Shown in pieces: positions 42,201 through 49,388 of a stretch of DNA of 64,000 nt. This DNA is from a virus. The notes below the pieces were generated by a model that was not told the origin of the DNA, did not search any database, and saw only the letters and a program-made list of their open reading frames with translations. Made by a program: the position numbers and the translations under genes. The stretch is taken from positions 1-64,000 of IMG/VR virus record IMGVR_UViG_3300025096_000001. One strand, 5' to 3'. Numbering within the stretch: the first letter of the stretch is position 1; every line of letters begins with the position of its first letter.

Positions 42201-45185
42201 CGCTTTTGATTTAAAAAACTTCGGAAACACAACGTCAGCTTCAACAGTAAAGCCGAATCTTTGCTCGGCGCCGACGGTGCCGACATTCAGTGGTGTCGAT
42301 CCGGCAGAGGCGCCTTGAACAAACGAGCCGCTAATATAACCTCTTTCTGGGGGATGTACACTACCAAGATCTCTCTGGTAGACCACCGCATTTAGATTAG
42401 ATACGTTATTGAAGTTGACTAATTTGTTTTCTGCTACAACTTGTCGTAAATTATCAGATATCTCGTATATTTGGTTATCTGCATAAATCTTAAATCGCAG
42501 GATATTATCATCTATGTTGAACGCCCGTAGAACGTTTCTAAAGGATTTTTCAGTACCCTTTGATTTATAGATGCTTGTCAGGTTGTTATACAAATTTTGA
42601 TAAATTAAGTCTTTTGCTTCTTTTAAAGAACTTTCAAAAAAGGCCTTATCATCTCTATTGAGTAGTATTTCTTGTAACGTTGCGTCTGTGAATATATCAG
42701 ACATATACATACCCATTGACTGTGGCAAGTGGCTTGCAAAGGGTAGAGGTTCCGCAGAAGCGCTAACGTAATTAACATGTTTAAAGGTGGGTAGTGCTTG
42801 TGCATACAATCTTATTTTATCAAAGTATGCGCCGGCAATATGTGATATAAGTTTGAGATTTTCATTGCCCATATCTTCATGCTCTTCAATGATCCAACTT
42901 GGAGCATATGATAAGAATGAAGCATTGTTAGTAGAATCATAAAAAGAGCCAGATTCTAATAATTGGCTTCTTAGTGTGACATATTTTGGATGATTCGAGC
43001 GAATAATTAAGTCTTCATGTTCCGTTCTGGCAGCAGAGGCAGAAACAATCGCTGAGCCGGTATTTCTTGAAGTGGTGCTGTACCCTGTCCAAGCTGCGTT
43101 TGAGACACGACCACTGTAATCTAAAATCACTCGGTCAATACTTGCAGTCTGTGTTATTCCTTCGTTAAACTTATAGTAGATACCCAACTCTGTATTATTT
43201 ATATCCGTGTTGGTACCGCCGCCAATCTGATCAAACCAATTTTGGCCGATTTGTTGTGAGTTTCTTAAAGCTTTCCAGTATCTGAATTCATCTATTGAGC
43301 CGGAAAGCTTGCCGGCGCCAATGGCGGCGGTAGTTCCAACGGGTGCGGTTTGTAAGGCTCCGATTCTACCCATGGCTTTCTTAGATGGCAATTCCCCGAC
43401 CGTTAAGTCAACTAAATCGACTGTTACTGCACTATAAAGTGCCTCTACTTCCGTTGCTGAAAGGATCGAATTCCAAATTGCAACATCGGCGAGCCGACCA
43501 TCGAATGTACCGGATCCACCAGAGTTATTACCGATGGTGCCTCCCACGGTACCATCGATCCCATCCCATGCGACGGCTGGCGCGGTGCCAGTCTCTGCCA
43601 CCGTTTGTGCCACACCATTATAATATAACACAGCATTATTGGATGTTGATGTGGCATCATAACTGACTACGACATGTGCCCACTGATTAAAAACTCCATT
43701 CATGGATGTAGCAGTCCAATGAACGAAGTCACCGCCGTTCCATTTCGTTGAATACATGATTCGATACCCACCGGAGCCGTTGGTTTCGACTCGAAATAAT
43801 ATGTCGTTGGCTCCAAAGTCTAAGATCGTTCCGCGGGAGCCTTCCCCGAGACTAGCGGGTCTGATCCAAGCAGAGAATGACATCTTAGAGGAGCCTTCGG
43901 GGCCGGTTCCAATAATATTGTTCCACAGACTAGGGCTACCAATTGGGTTTCCAATATGGATAGCGTCGGTGGTACCATCAAAATTATATGAAGACGTGGC
44001 GTTCTGAATGTATTTCGATGGCACCGTTGGGGAAACTGTGGGTACATGTGTCGCGGCGATGAAGGTACCAGGCCTGTTGTGAACGCTTGAATCTGGTACC
44101 TTATCATTAACTGAAAATTGTTCTGTATTTAATCTCCACCAACCTTGCAGTGTTTTAGTTGAAGAATATTTCTGGCTTTCTAAAGCTGTACCAGGGAAAA
44201 CTGGCATGTGGGTGTTCAGATCATATACTCTGTCTGATGTGTCTGAAAGGGAACCATTAACGTACAATCTGGTTTTAAATATCGATCCGCTATTGAACAT
44301 AGAAATGGCATAGTGCTGCCAAGTATCTAAATTATTGTGTAAAGATGATGGGCCAAGACTTACGAACCTGCGGGCGCTTGTAGAGCCTGATTCTACTGTG
44401 ATCACGAAAGGCTTGATTGGGTTATCATCCTCATCGACTGAAGAAGTTAACTCAATTAAAATTCTACCATATTTGCTGCTAGTGGTCGCTTCATTATTCC
44501 ACCAGTCAAATACAACTTGTTTGTTAGTTAAAGTTGGGAGGGCTGCATATGATCCAGTCTTAAGCCAAAATTCTACTGTAACACCATCATCAAAGTTAGC
44601 GCGTAAATTAGATTCTCGGGTACCCTTACCATAGTCGTCAGGGAGGCCCGCGGTTTCGTAAATGCCTTCGTCGTATATATTACCGTAATCTCTAAATCCA
44701 GATGAAGGGTCTGGGCCTTGAGAAACTAAAGATGTGCCGGCAGATCCAGTGTTTGGACCGCCCTTAAACGTTATGTATTCTAAGGCACTGGGGAGGCCAT
44801 AACCGTTTGTTTTTGTAGTGCCACCCCAGCCATCAGAAGAAAGAGTTGCATACCCCGTAGACCTTGGGTGTTTGTTATTAAAAATATATTTTTCAATGGG
44901 CAACAGTGCATTATAGAATTTGTTTTGTTCATATTTCGAACCATCATAGGGATAGAAATTAATAACACGATCGAGTGCACCTTGATAATAGTAATAAGCT
45001 GATCCATATTTAGCAAATTTATAAGGATCGTCATAGTCTATTTGTGGTTCGAATGTTTCTTGTTTTCTATACAGTTCTGACGCGTTATCTTGTGATTCTA
45101 CTTGCTCAAATGTTTCTTTTTGAGTTTTATAGTCGGTAGTTTGTACGCTCTGATTGATAGATTCAAAAAGTTTTCTACTACTCAT
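33279..45185 (-). CDS. giant (3968 aa) tail fibre/adhesin-like protein with at least three LamG/ConA-like lectin-fold modules
   Basis: Three LamG terminal-strand motifs are present:
- FDGRLADVAIWNS at nt 43467..43505.
- GSIDEFRYWKAL at nt 43266..43301.
- WTGSIDEIAMWK at nt 38451..38486.
Each follows blocks of the VxFWLK, WxHxxxx and LYxNG type. The gene sits after the baseplate genes, as fibre genes do in P2-like order. Confidence 0.6.
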   Translation of the reverse strand: MSSRKLFESINQSVQTTDYKTQKETFEQVESQDNASELYRKQETFEPQIDYDDPYKFAKYGSAYYYYQGALDRVINFYPYDGSKYEQNKFYNALLPIEKYIFNNKHPRSTGYATLSSDGWGGTTKTNGYGLPSALEYITFKGGPNTGSAGTSLVSQGPDPSSGFRDYGNIYDEGIYETAGLPDDYGKGTRESNLRANFDDGVTVEFWLKTGSYAALPTLTNKQVVFDWWNNEATTSSKYGRILIELTSSVDEDDNPIKPFVITVESGSTSARRFVSLGPSSLHNNLDTWQHYAISMFNSGSIFKTRLYVNGSLSDTSDRVYDLNTHMPVFPGTALESQKYSSTKTLQGWWRLNTEQFSVNDKVPDSSVHNRPGTFIAATHVPTVSPTVPSKYIQNATSSYNFDGTTDAIHIGNPIGSPSLWNNIIGTGPEGSSKMSFSAWIRPASLGEGSRGTILDFGANDILFRVETNGSGGYRIMYSTKWNGGDFVHWTATSMNGVFNQWAHVVVSYDATSTSNNAVLYYNGVAQTVAETGTAPAVAWDGIDGTVGGTIGNNSGGSGTFDGRLADVAIWNSILSATEVEALYSAVTVDLVDLTVGELPSKKAMGRIGALQTAPVGTTAAIGAGKLSGSIDEFRYWKALRNSQQIGQNWFDQIGGGTNTDINNTELGIYYKFNEGITQTASIDRVILDYSGRVSNAAWTGYSTTSRNTGSAIVSASAARTEHEDLIIRSNHPKYVTLRSQLLESGSFYDSTNNASFLSYAPSWIIEEHEDMGNENLKLISHIAGAYFDKIRLYAQALPTFKHVNYVSASAEPLPFASHLPQSMGMYMSDIFTDATLQEILLNRDDKAFFESSLKEAKDLIYQNLYNNLTSIYKSKGTEKSFRNVLRAFNIDDNILRFKIYADNQIYEISDNLRQVVAENKLVNFNNVSNLNAVVYQRDLGSVHPPERGYISGSFVQGASAGSTPLNVGTVGAEQRFGFTVEADVVFPKFFKSKATFDRDFLTSSLFGVSTPSSASANHLQGSITTPEKDNRTNLQVYAIRPEASSKDVYFMLTSSYTAEAGRPFPLLTSSVFNDVYDNQRWNLSVRLKPKNYGVSGFVAGSTPDVGKAFEYDVIFRGITQNLGVIQDSFEVSSSISYIKGARAAASNKRVYTGAQRLNLTGAIVHKADSLVSNIKYWTKHLENAALNQHLFDVNNSGISGSFKNTSFNTTLGLGGQYETINQNSLALEWNFDSVTGSDSGGNFWVSDFSSGSAVLLNNFGWMGNTSGIQHTGYGYNFAESSTNVVDIKRENSFKFTDPEENVGSDMIQILSDDETLFPSTETIPNYLFTIEKSMYQAISEEMLIFLAGVVDFNNMVGEPVHRYRSRYKSIEKLREAFFRRVTTVSDVEKFVAYYKWFDDALSQIFQQLIPASMDIVADTTNTIESHVLERNKYENKFPTLEFKVPDPSSPAYGMTEMLYGPDGMSPLPSSPRKTNIRLKYWKDRAERAAPEITSGDATVDSQRETIRQIVSSFPAMTSSNTILIGKNSQAYLSHEYPRRTFIKTFDAKITRHEAIKGGVNFTDVKNLDYARGALYPHGPVNQAGGIFVPQNILLAYGSDFEALTNFKDRVPDPIKKTKRYGKALHGRDSNNSDGYQHVKTSMAFPFNVISSSVTGGYQTQVQNAMDMHIAITNLHNDVYGPDMEKPLQGPFTEHNVGGLQYRHAGVNATATDTWNNRPEGWKILLGACNTIYSGAIGMVGADYPEPVADPAPTPYPATQPQRAVYYRDFTAKRPVNIKNINTKNSVTNKMVLGNYNNQYEIIHTFGATSNPRNFIEKQPTLPANAFQNYATSSRPTSIRTFLSTKPDRPHDSNPVGGSRQHFDFVEDYSVSYLTAAAGNKTVIRNKFSAPGGIEVMTPGYTDVRADEYSVYNALPFKNLSVIKPQQIPSSSHPQGASVLVETRGIRPYDIHGYDFGLRPHLARHSARFMRDSLWISGTSATHQQTDPRSGGPGAQYAQLPGFHKIHRNNMDRCKPEYGWANTYLNNHLTNTKHLLITAKRTSSDGTTILIDPSDVNMLTKRKQRIFDGNYAQNILPGSTPKRVEFSVSMWLRGFPSVAEEFVSLGWDGTAPIHKLRRESNGKIKYMLRAHNVANNSAQSKTFTTTAAHLTGSDWINLVFTLSALHGDLSNNRATASFYINGLHYPGTWSGNFTADYIRTGSTATMNNFRNWENLDIASPVQFFGSLNTNNSQWTGSIDEIAMWKTALTPTDINKYYNDGSPINLTASSDSNIGNLYSWWRMGDGSGDNTSISGSAPTQDINLTNRIVDVVSGANIQITARDPADHGAAVVLAGTSSTGILVGGATLASRDYVVTGYDCDQIYDNFFVSHQIPRQTKQYAWIAASLVADNGPPGFNALDFKVSSSNGRVDQYLFATSSQAYSFLAGTVRKWDPTQVSTISNVPQVSNFNTNIIEPVSGSTNIVGYPNSSDKFAYKSYINSDFAEPTSMNFGAGGPAGYMFNSLMIKRNGLFGGSMWQNIRQRSDTQLIKNERAENKISVVSHDNRTIEKYDLQPVSVLGRPAQVSIQMVDAAGATQNVLMTVGHQKIYFQDDALNHRYVYAPLEINPLQALLMASYASPDIRDINYLISRESIFPSYRNHLRRVPSQRTDYNNGFWHSNRDARNSINAELDRYAYPVTNPLLPAPNWTRKNSFNLRMSSSAWKMDAPTNILTRTGPSLIRDYGDGADGRADIDNYVKWRAYASPGELQNTYMSYQTGSAISYGEGPNGARHNYDFMERVKAFAPGALYARKHTLGSPLSLASPYGVHDQAAQRYTTQIQTAVGTVTSGIKLGTTPFDMTNQVEVFGGEAVWEAGEKAGIVDIDNLGNRRWVSKPSKPAYDDYDKFVAEMKFKTRGYAIVPEYRISQHIPDYIDFGKTSIEGKNDTFEIPGTQHSSSKNNFYIDYSNSEFLRYFPQVHSDSGLPAREIRLACSASIKFHPYEGFYPAERSLQLVERFRQSFMPNMSTRIRSTMIPDSIDDLTLDGDTILSGAAGSLRPLCEAMFAPGILYNSIKSGIAVDYPVFDDRVKISVNGLGWKPPSSQGINDYAIGVREADLPATTGEPVAPAGVGGMYGGSGSFFDKRIPFEGIIRPELISKRDFVDVEPHPSCSLEYTGSLRSAYGGMPVTSSVLAGLNSAEEKTYTLMARNFFGGVADFYLKDSEFTSLRSEPIKELKFGNNEVYMARIKLRRSVTGSRIYNKESGSFSIYAYNRLGGRSFTPNPRLATKAARSISQQYQAGASYFELPQDPVNSPSFKETFTMYSRPTAFGPPIEGIHGLDATNPIGPSQRLSPYTSSFYTSGAFQVMDSRTGFNWAYTPPYYNGEAWVDLIFRPETGVTYDLEKIMAATQTVCWRVDPGPRVNNYDWKLSPSTGKTSPIAGARTYSGNPNNPHGYGYAKDIVHGYHSLIHDPYCITSNYTFPTAIYGGTLINDSAMQATSSLNIFGIESVPKEIIDHDSGRTILSETETVGKKWVIQTKFETPMLNFNDKYGDRPVTASLNNKTITRTLAGGGTQGIYASGSIANGMWHQFGTLPHNAETGVFLEMHDMSENWLKNHYLVRNSGSAYNNYIPDTDGELAPKVKSLRDRIGFGDKQKSKRIGELKDSLTVKEAIIAVPYMLTAEEPANGTIPTSVENKYLFEIPLAQIDASLDDLMNTPVGLSLDFVGQSIRTQVRLMQEYIIPPQFDFITNRELQPIVMYIFEFSHTFDKDDLSYMWQNVMPRNYNKFELKGASVSHILANNELFQESDLLENPNLRWQVFKVKQRVQSNYYDKKVSTIGSLAYGAGTGHAPLDGFDSYAQYNWPYDFFSIIESVKIDADIKMSHEESEVVSRYGGAIGEEFTPGTSTSPPMPPGSEGATARAAFVESVSAPTKTFKMRTPGDDLYGASGAAAVAREASAVARGTTDEAPAASKASSPGTPDGIKKDIY

Positions 45186-45186
45186 T

Positions 45187-47190
45187 TTATCTCTCTTCTA
45201 ACCAAAATTTAAATGTTTGCTCTTGTTCGGACCATGAATTAAGTCTATCATCATAAAAGACAAATTTAAAGCCATATGCATGGCCTGGTTCTAATAAATT
45301 CATATCGAAATCAAAATAATTGCCCGAAACATTATAAGATAACCCTGTGTGGAAATCACTTCCTGTTCCATATGGAACAACCGTAGTATTATCAATCAGA
45401 CGCACAACTCCGTAAGAGGCGCTTCGAATGCCTATGGATTCTATATTGTTGTTGGCTATAGTATATATGTTAGGTGACCAGTTCTTCTCTCTAACATAGA
45501 GATTGAGGCGGACCTTTTCATTGTGATAATAGTTGTTCTTAAGATTAGAAATATTGCAATAATATCTTGGCTCCAAGGAGGTCATACCGGTTCCGTATAA
45601 CTCCGGTGTTAACGTTCCAGTAAAAAATTGTCTTGCTGAACTTGTCGCCTGCATTTCGGGCTGTGTCATAGTTGAGCCAGAAAACCATATATCATATAAA
45701 GTAACAAGGTTATTTGATTTAGTTAAACATAATGAGCAGGAATATATACCAGTTGACACATATCCACCTGTTACAACCGTAGTTGGCGTTGAGGTGTTAT
45801 GTAATAAAATGGCTGGACCGGATGGGCCGTCTTGACCTGCTGAACTAGAGTATACACTAACTCTGACCCACGAATCATAAGTACCATAATTGGTGCTTAT
45901 ATTTGGCAAGTTTGTGAGGCGGCCTCTAACTAAGTTGTAAAAATATATGGTGTTCAAATTGTCGGCGCCAGATGCGCGCGAAGAGCTAAAAAATACATTT
46001 CCACGATCATCTCTGATTGATGAATCCCAGCGCGCCTCTATAACAGGGCGCTTAAAAAAGTATTGAGATCCTCTTCCGAAAAATCTCTTTGTATAATATG
46101 ATTTTGTTGCCCCATCAGCATTCAAAATTACATTGGAGTCCAGAGCTACGGCGCCCTCACTTGAAGATGCTTCATAGGACCCAGACAGCATTACTCCTAC
46201 TCCGTAGTTACCTCCAGCGGTCGAAGTTCCGGCTACCCATTCTTCAACCAAGTGTGAAATATCTATTTCTAAATCTTCCAGCCCATTAGAAAAATGCTGT
46301 GTGAATGTTTCCCCGGAAGCTGTAGAGTAAACAGCGCCGGGCGATGGAGTATATCCATCGTCAAAAGTTCCAAGCGCAGTCGGTTTTGTCCACGGTGTCT
46401 CGTTGGAGCCGGTTCTATATATTCTAGCATCTAACGGTGTTATCGTGCCCTCAATGCCCACGGCTGTACTGGGACCAGTTGCAGAGGCTGTAACATATAC
46501 TGTGGAGTCGACTCGGTTTGCCGAAAAGGCCGACAAGCCATCGGCCGCGGCTTTGAAAGCTTCAGCAATTGTCGCTGTAGCCGATAAGCCACTAATGGAA
46601 ACGCGCGTTTCAGTGCCATCGGCTGAAGGGGCTGAATCGCCGGCCCCATCATCAAACCAAAAGTTATACCTAGAGGTTCCATTATATACCTTAACATAAT
46701 TGGCGCCCGCCGCGGCCCCATAAGCTGATGGAGTTGTAGAAGAGAACACATACCTCGTAATCTCAGGTATTTTGTCTCCTGTTCTAGCAATCCAGTTAGA
46801 GCCGATATTTCCCTTCGTAGGGTCTTTATATCCGTTCAAATCCAATCCAACACCCTCTTCCCAAGATTGAGATACTGCGGATACAATCATTTTATATTCG
46901 ATCGGTACAGTGCGAGAGTGTTCTGCATTGAACATTTTAAGGTAAAAACTGACACTACCTGATGCGGGGATTGTGCCGGCTGCTCTATCACTTGATATTT
47001 TAGATGTTGGAAATTTGATCAACACCCTTGAAAGCTCTTGTGAGCTTGAGTTAATTCTGCCGTACATCGAATATACTTCCAAAACATCTGCTGCGCCGGC
47101 ATTAGATGCTGTGCCGCGTGTTCTCAGATCTAATTCGTAACCATTTACAATGGTATTATCGGCGGACGCCGTGTATCTTAAGAGTCCCAT
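45187..47190 (-). CDS. baseplate/fibre-associated protein; N-terminus resembles a DNRLRE-type (CBM-like) domain
   Basis: The pattern ADNTIVNGY...AADVLEVYS...SRVLIKFPTSKIS...VSFYLKMFNAEHS...VSAVSQSWEEGVG resembles the DNRLRE domain layout. This assignment is from memory. The gene lies between the baseplate-J-like gene and the giant fibre gene. Confidence 0.35.
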   Translation of the reverse strand: MGLLRYTASADNTIVNGYELDLRTRGTASNAGAADVLEVYSMYGRINSSSQELSRVLIKFPTSKISSDRAAGTIPASGSVSFYLKMFNAEHSRTVPIEYKMIVSAVSQSWEEGVGLDLNGYKDPTKGNIGSNWIARTGDKIPEITRYVFSSTTPSAYGAAAGANYVKVYNGTSRYNFWFDDGAGDSAPSADGTETRVSISGLSATATIAEAFKAAADGLSAFSANRVDSTVYVTASATGPSTAVGIEGTITPLDARIYRTGSNETPWTKPTALGTFDDGYTPSPGAVYSTASGETFTQHFSNGLEDLEIDISHLVEEWVAGTSTAGGNYGVGVMLSGSYEASSSEGAVALDSNVILNADGATKSYYTKRFFGRGSQYFFKRPVIEARWDSSIRDDRGNVFFSSSRASGADNLNTIYFYNLVRGRLTNLPNISTNYGTYDSWVRVSVYSSSAGQDGPSGPAILLHNTSTPTTVVTGGYVSTGIYSCSLCLTKSNNLVTLYDIWFSGSTMTQPEMQATSSARQFFTGTLTPELYGTGMTSLEPRYYCNISNLKNNYYHNEKVRLNLYVREKNWSPNIYTIANNNIESIGIRSASYGVVRLIDNTTVVPYGTGSDFHTGLSYNVSGNYFDFDMNLLEPGHAYGFKFVFYDDRLNSWSEQEQTFKFWLEER

Positions 47191-48986
47191 TATTTAACCT
47201 TTCCTCTAATATCTGAAGATGGATACTTTATTTCGAATATGGCATTTGCTGGACTTAACACCATAGAACCATCTTGAGAGATATTTTTTGAGACGTTAAA
47301 TGTCACTGGAGAATATTGACCACCGACTTTGTTTGTAATTTTTACGTTGGTAACATCCAAAATTCCAGTGATATTTTTAAGTTCGGAATATACATCACTA
47401 ACTGAAAAATCTTGGCTAATAAAATATCCTTCTGAAAACTTCTTCTTAATCGCATTGAAAGCTGCTCCTAGGGCATCATTTTTGTTGACGCCGCTCTGTA
47501 TTCTTATTTCAAAGTCAATGCCCAAATTGATAATGTATGGATCTAATATATCAACCGTATCATTTATCATTCTATAATTGTTTATCCAAGTTTTCAAGTT
47601 GGTTTTAATGGTATTATTGGTTTTGATTAATTTGCCAAATTTGTCTTCCGAGATGACATACATATTTAAATTTCTTTTGAGAGAATCCTGATCTTTGTAT
47701 ACTGCACATCTCTTAATAGAACCGAATTTTGCAGGCATTCTGTAAACTATATTTTCATAATCCGCTTGTGTAACTGCTCGGTTTTGAGTGGGGAAGGTAT
47801 CATAGATTCTTCTTTTTATCTCCGAGGATCCCGGGGAAGTTACATACCCAGTGATCGGCGTCTCATTTGTGACCTCTAGCGAGGCTCGTACCTTGCCCAT
47901 TTTATCAGCTGATAATCGATCCGCGGAATCAAATGTCATATTTATGTTAGCTACTGAAGTTACCACGTTGGTGGCACAGTTAGAATTCCCAGGATTAGTT
48001 GTCCGATATGTAACGAATAAAGAAGTATTAGCTGGTACAATGCCGTAGCTCATATTTTTTGACAGCCTAGTTGGATCAAATGTGGTATCTGTTACATATG
48101 ATTTACCAAACACATCCATTGCGACATTTTGTGGATTTGCTACAATATTAGTTTCGGATGCGTCACCGGAGCCGAACTGGATTGTAGTGTTTTGTCGGCC
48201 GCGATTTACCACAAATTTCCTAGACACCAAAAATGGCCTTAATACAGATGGAACATTATCAGTTTTATAATCTTTGTTTGCTATTTCTTTGAATACCATA
48301 TCTTGCGACAAATAATCTACTTCATAATATTGATTCCCATCTGCATCAAAAATCGATACTATTTCAACAATATCTGGATTTTTTAATGTGATTGAACGAA
48401 ATCTCTGAAACGGACCAACCGGGACTGTCTGTTGTCCTAATCGCCCAGATACAACGTTGCCATATGATTTTATAGCATAATAAAGGGGGGCGCCGGTGGT
48501 AATATTAACCTTTGATACAACCATGGGATTAGCAGGATCATTGAAATCAATGTTTTCAGTGAGCATAAAACTTAATCCAGTCTTGGACGTGAACCGAGTG
48601 CCTCGATTTAATATTGGCACATATGATGTGTCTGGACCCAAACCACTTACTTGGGCAGGTACTTGTAAATATATTGCAACTTCTCCGTAGGTCGATGAAC
48701 GACTGTTGTGTTTATATCCTAATGCTCGGCCATGGCGTAAAACATTGTCTAGTTGAAAGGATGTGTCTAAGAAAGACTCATTAATATTATAGTCTAAATA
48801 AAAGTTCAATTGATCAGCTACATATGCAACTGAGTCAATCATCATGGCGCCAAATGATGCTTCACTGAAATCTTGAAACGTTTCTGGATAGAATCGTTCA
48901 GCCATCTCCAATAAGTCGGCTCGTATTTCAGTAAACTCTCTATTAACGTACTTTATTGGTAAAAACTTTTTCTGTTCGTCGGGCAT
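47190..48986 (-). CDS. baseplate J-like protein (P2 gpJ / T4 gp6 family)
   Basis: The N-terminus FTEIRADLLEMAERFYPETFQDFSEASFGAMMIDSVAYVADQLNFYLDYNINESFLDTS matches the Baseplate_J pattern. The gene follows the gp25-like gene directly. Confidence 0.7.
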   Translation of the reverse strand: MPDEQKKFLPIKYVNREFTEIRADLLEMAERFYPETFQDFSEASFGAMMIDSVAYVADQLNFYLDYNINESFLDTSFQLDNVLRHGRALGYKHNSRSSTYGEVAIYLQVPAQVSGLGPDTSYVPILNRGTRFTSKTGLSFMLTENIDFNDPANPMVVSKVNITTGAPLYYAIKSYGNVVSGRLGQQTVPVGPFQRFRSITLKNPDIVEIVSIFDADGNQYYEVDYLSQDMVFKEIANKDYKTDNVPSVLRPFLVSRKFVVNRGRQNTTIQFGSGDASETNIVANPQNVAMDVFGKSYVTDTTFDPTRLSKNMSYGIVPANTSLFVTYRTTNPGNSNCATNVVTSVANINMTFDSADRLSADKMGKVRASLEVTNETPITGYVTSPGSSEIKRRIYDTFPTQNRAVTQADYENIVYRMPAKFGSIKRCAVYKDQDSLKRNLNMYVISEDKFGKLIKTNNTIKTNLKTWINNYRMINDTVDILDPYIINLGIDFEIRIQSGVNKNDALGAAFNAIKKKFSEGYFISQDFSVSDVYSELKNITGILDVTNVKITNKVGGQYSPVTFNVSKNISQDGSMVLSPANAIFEIKYPSSDIRGKVK

Positions 48987-49000
48987 CTATATTCCTCACA

Positions 49001-49366
49001 CTAAATAGTAATTTGTAATAAATCTTTGCTTCCTAATCTCGGAATTGAGTATGTGATTCTCATACTCAGTGTATTATTATCAGATGATGATTCAGCAAAT
49101 TGAATATCTAGTATGCTTATGGAGGGCATGTACTTTGCTGCTTGTTCTCGTATTTTGGAGGAGATAAGGCTCCGGGAATCGCTTGAAAAATTGTTGAATA
49201 AATATTGTTTTATTCCTACTCCAAAGTTAGGTTCCATCACTCTTTCCCCAGGATTAGTCAAAATTAAAGTTTTAAAATTTTGTTTTAGAGCGCGCTTGGG
49301 GGAATAGTTTAAAGTAAAACCATCGCGATCATCGGCAGTTATTGGTAGAGATAAATTAATGGCCAT
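49001..49366 (-). CDS. baseplate wedge protein, GPW/gp25 family
   Basis: 121 aa. ILTNPGERVMEPNFGVGIKQYLF is the hallmark GPW_gp25 block. Confidence 0.75.
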   Translation of the reverse strand: MAINLSLPITADDRDGFTLNYSPKRALKQNFKTLILTNPGERVMEPNFGVGIKQYLFNNFSSDSRSLISSKIREQAAKYMPSISILDIQFAESSSDNNTLSMRITYSIPRLGSKDLLQITI

Positions 49367-49388
49367 TTTAGATATTCCTTATTCAATA

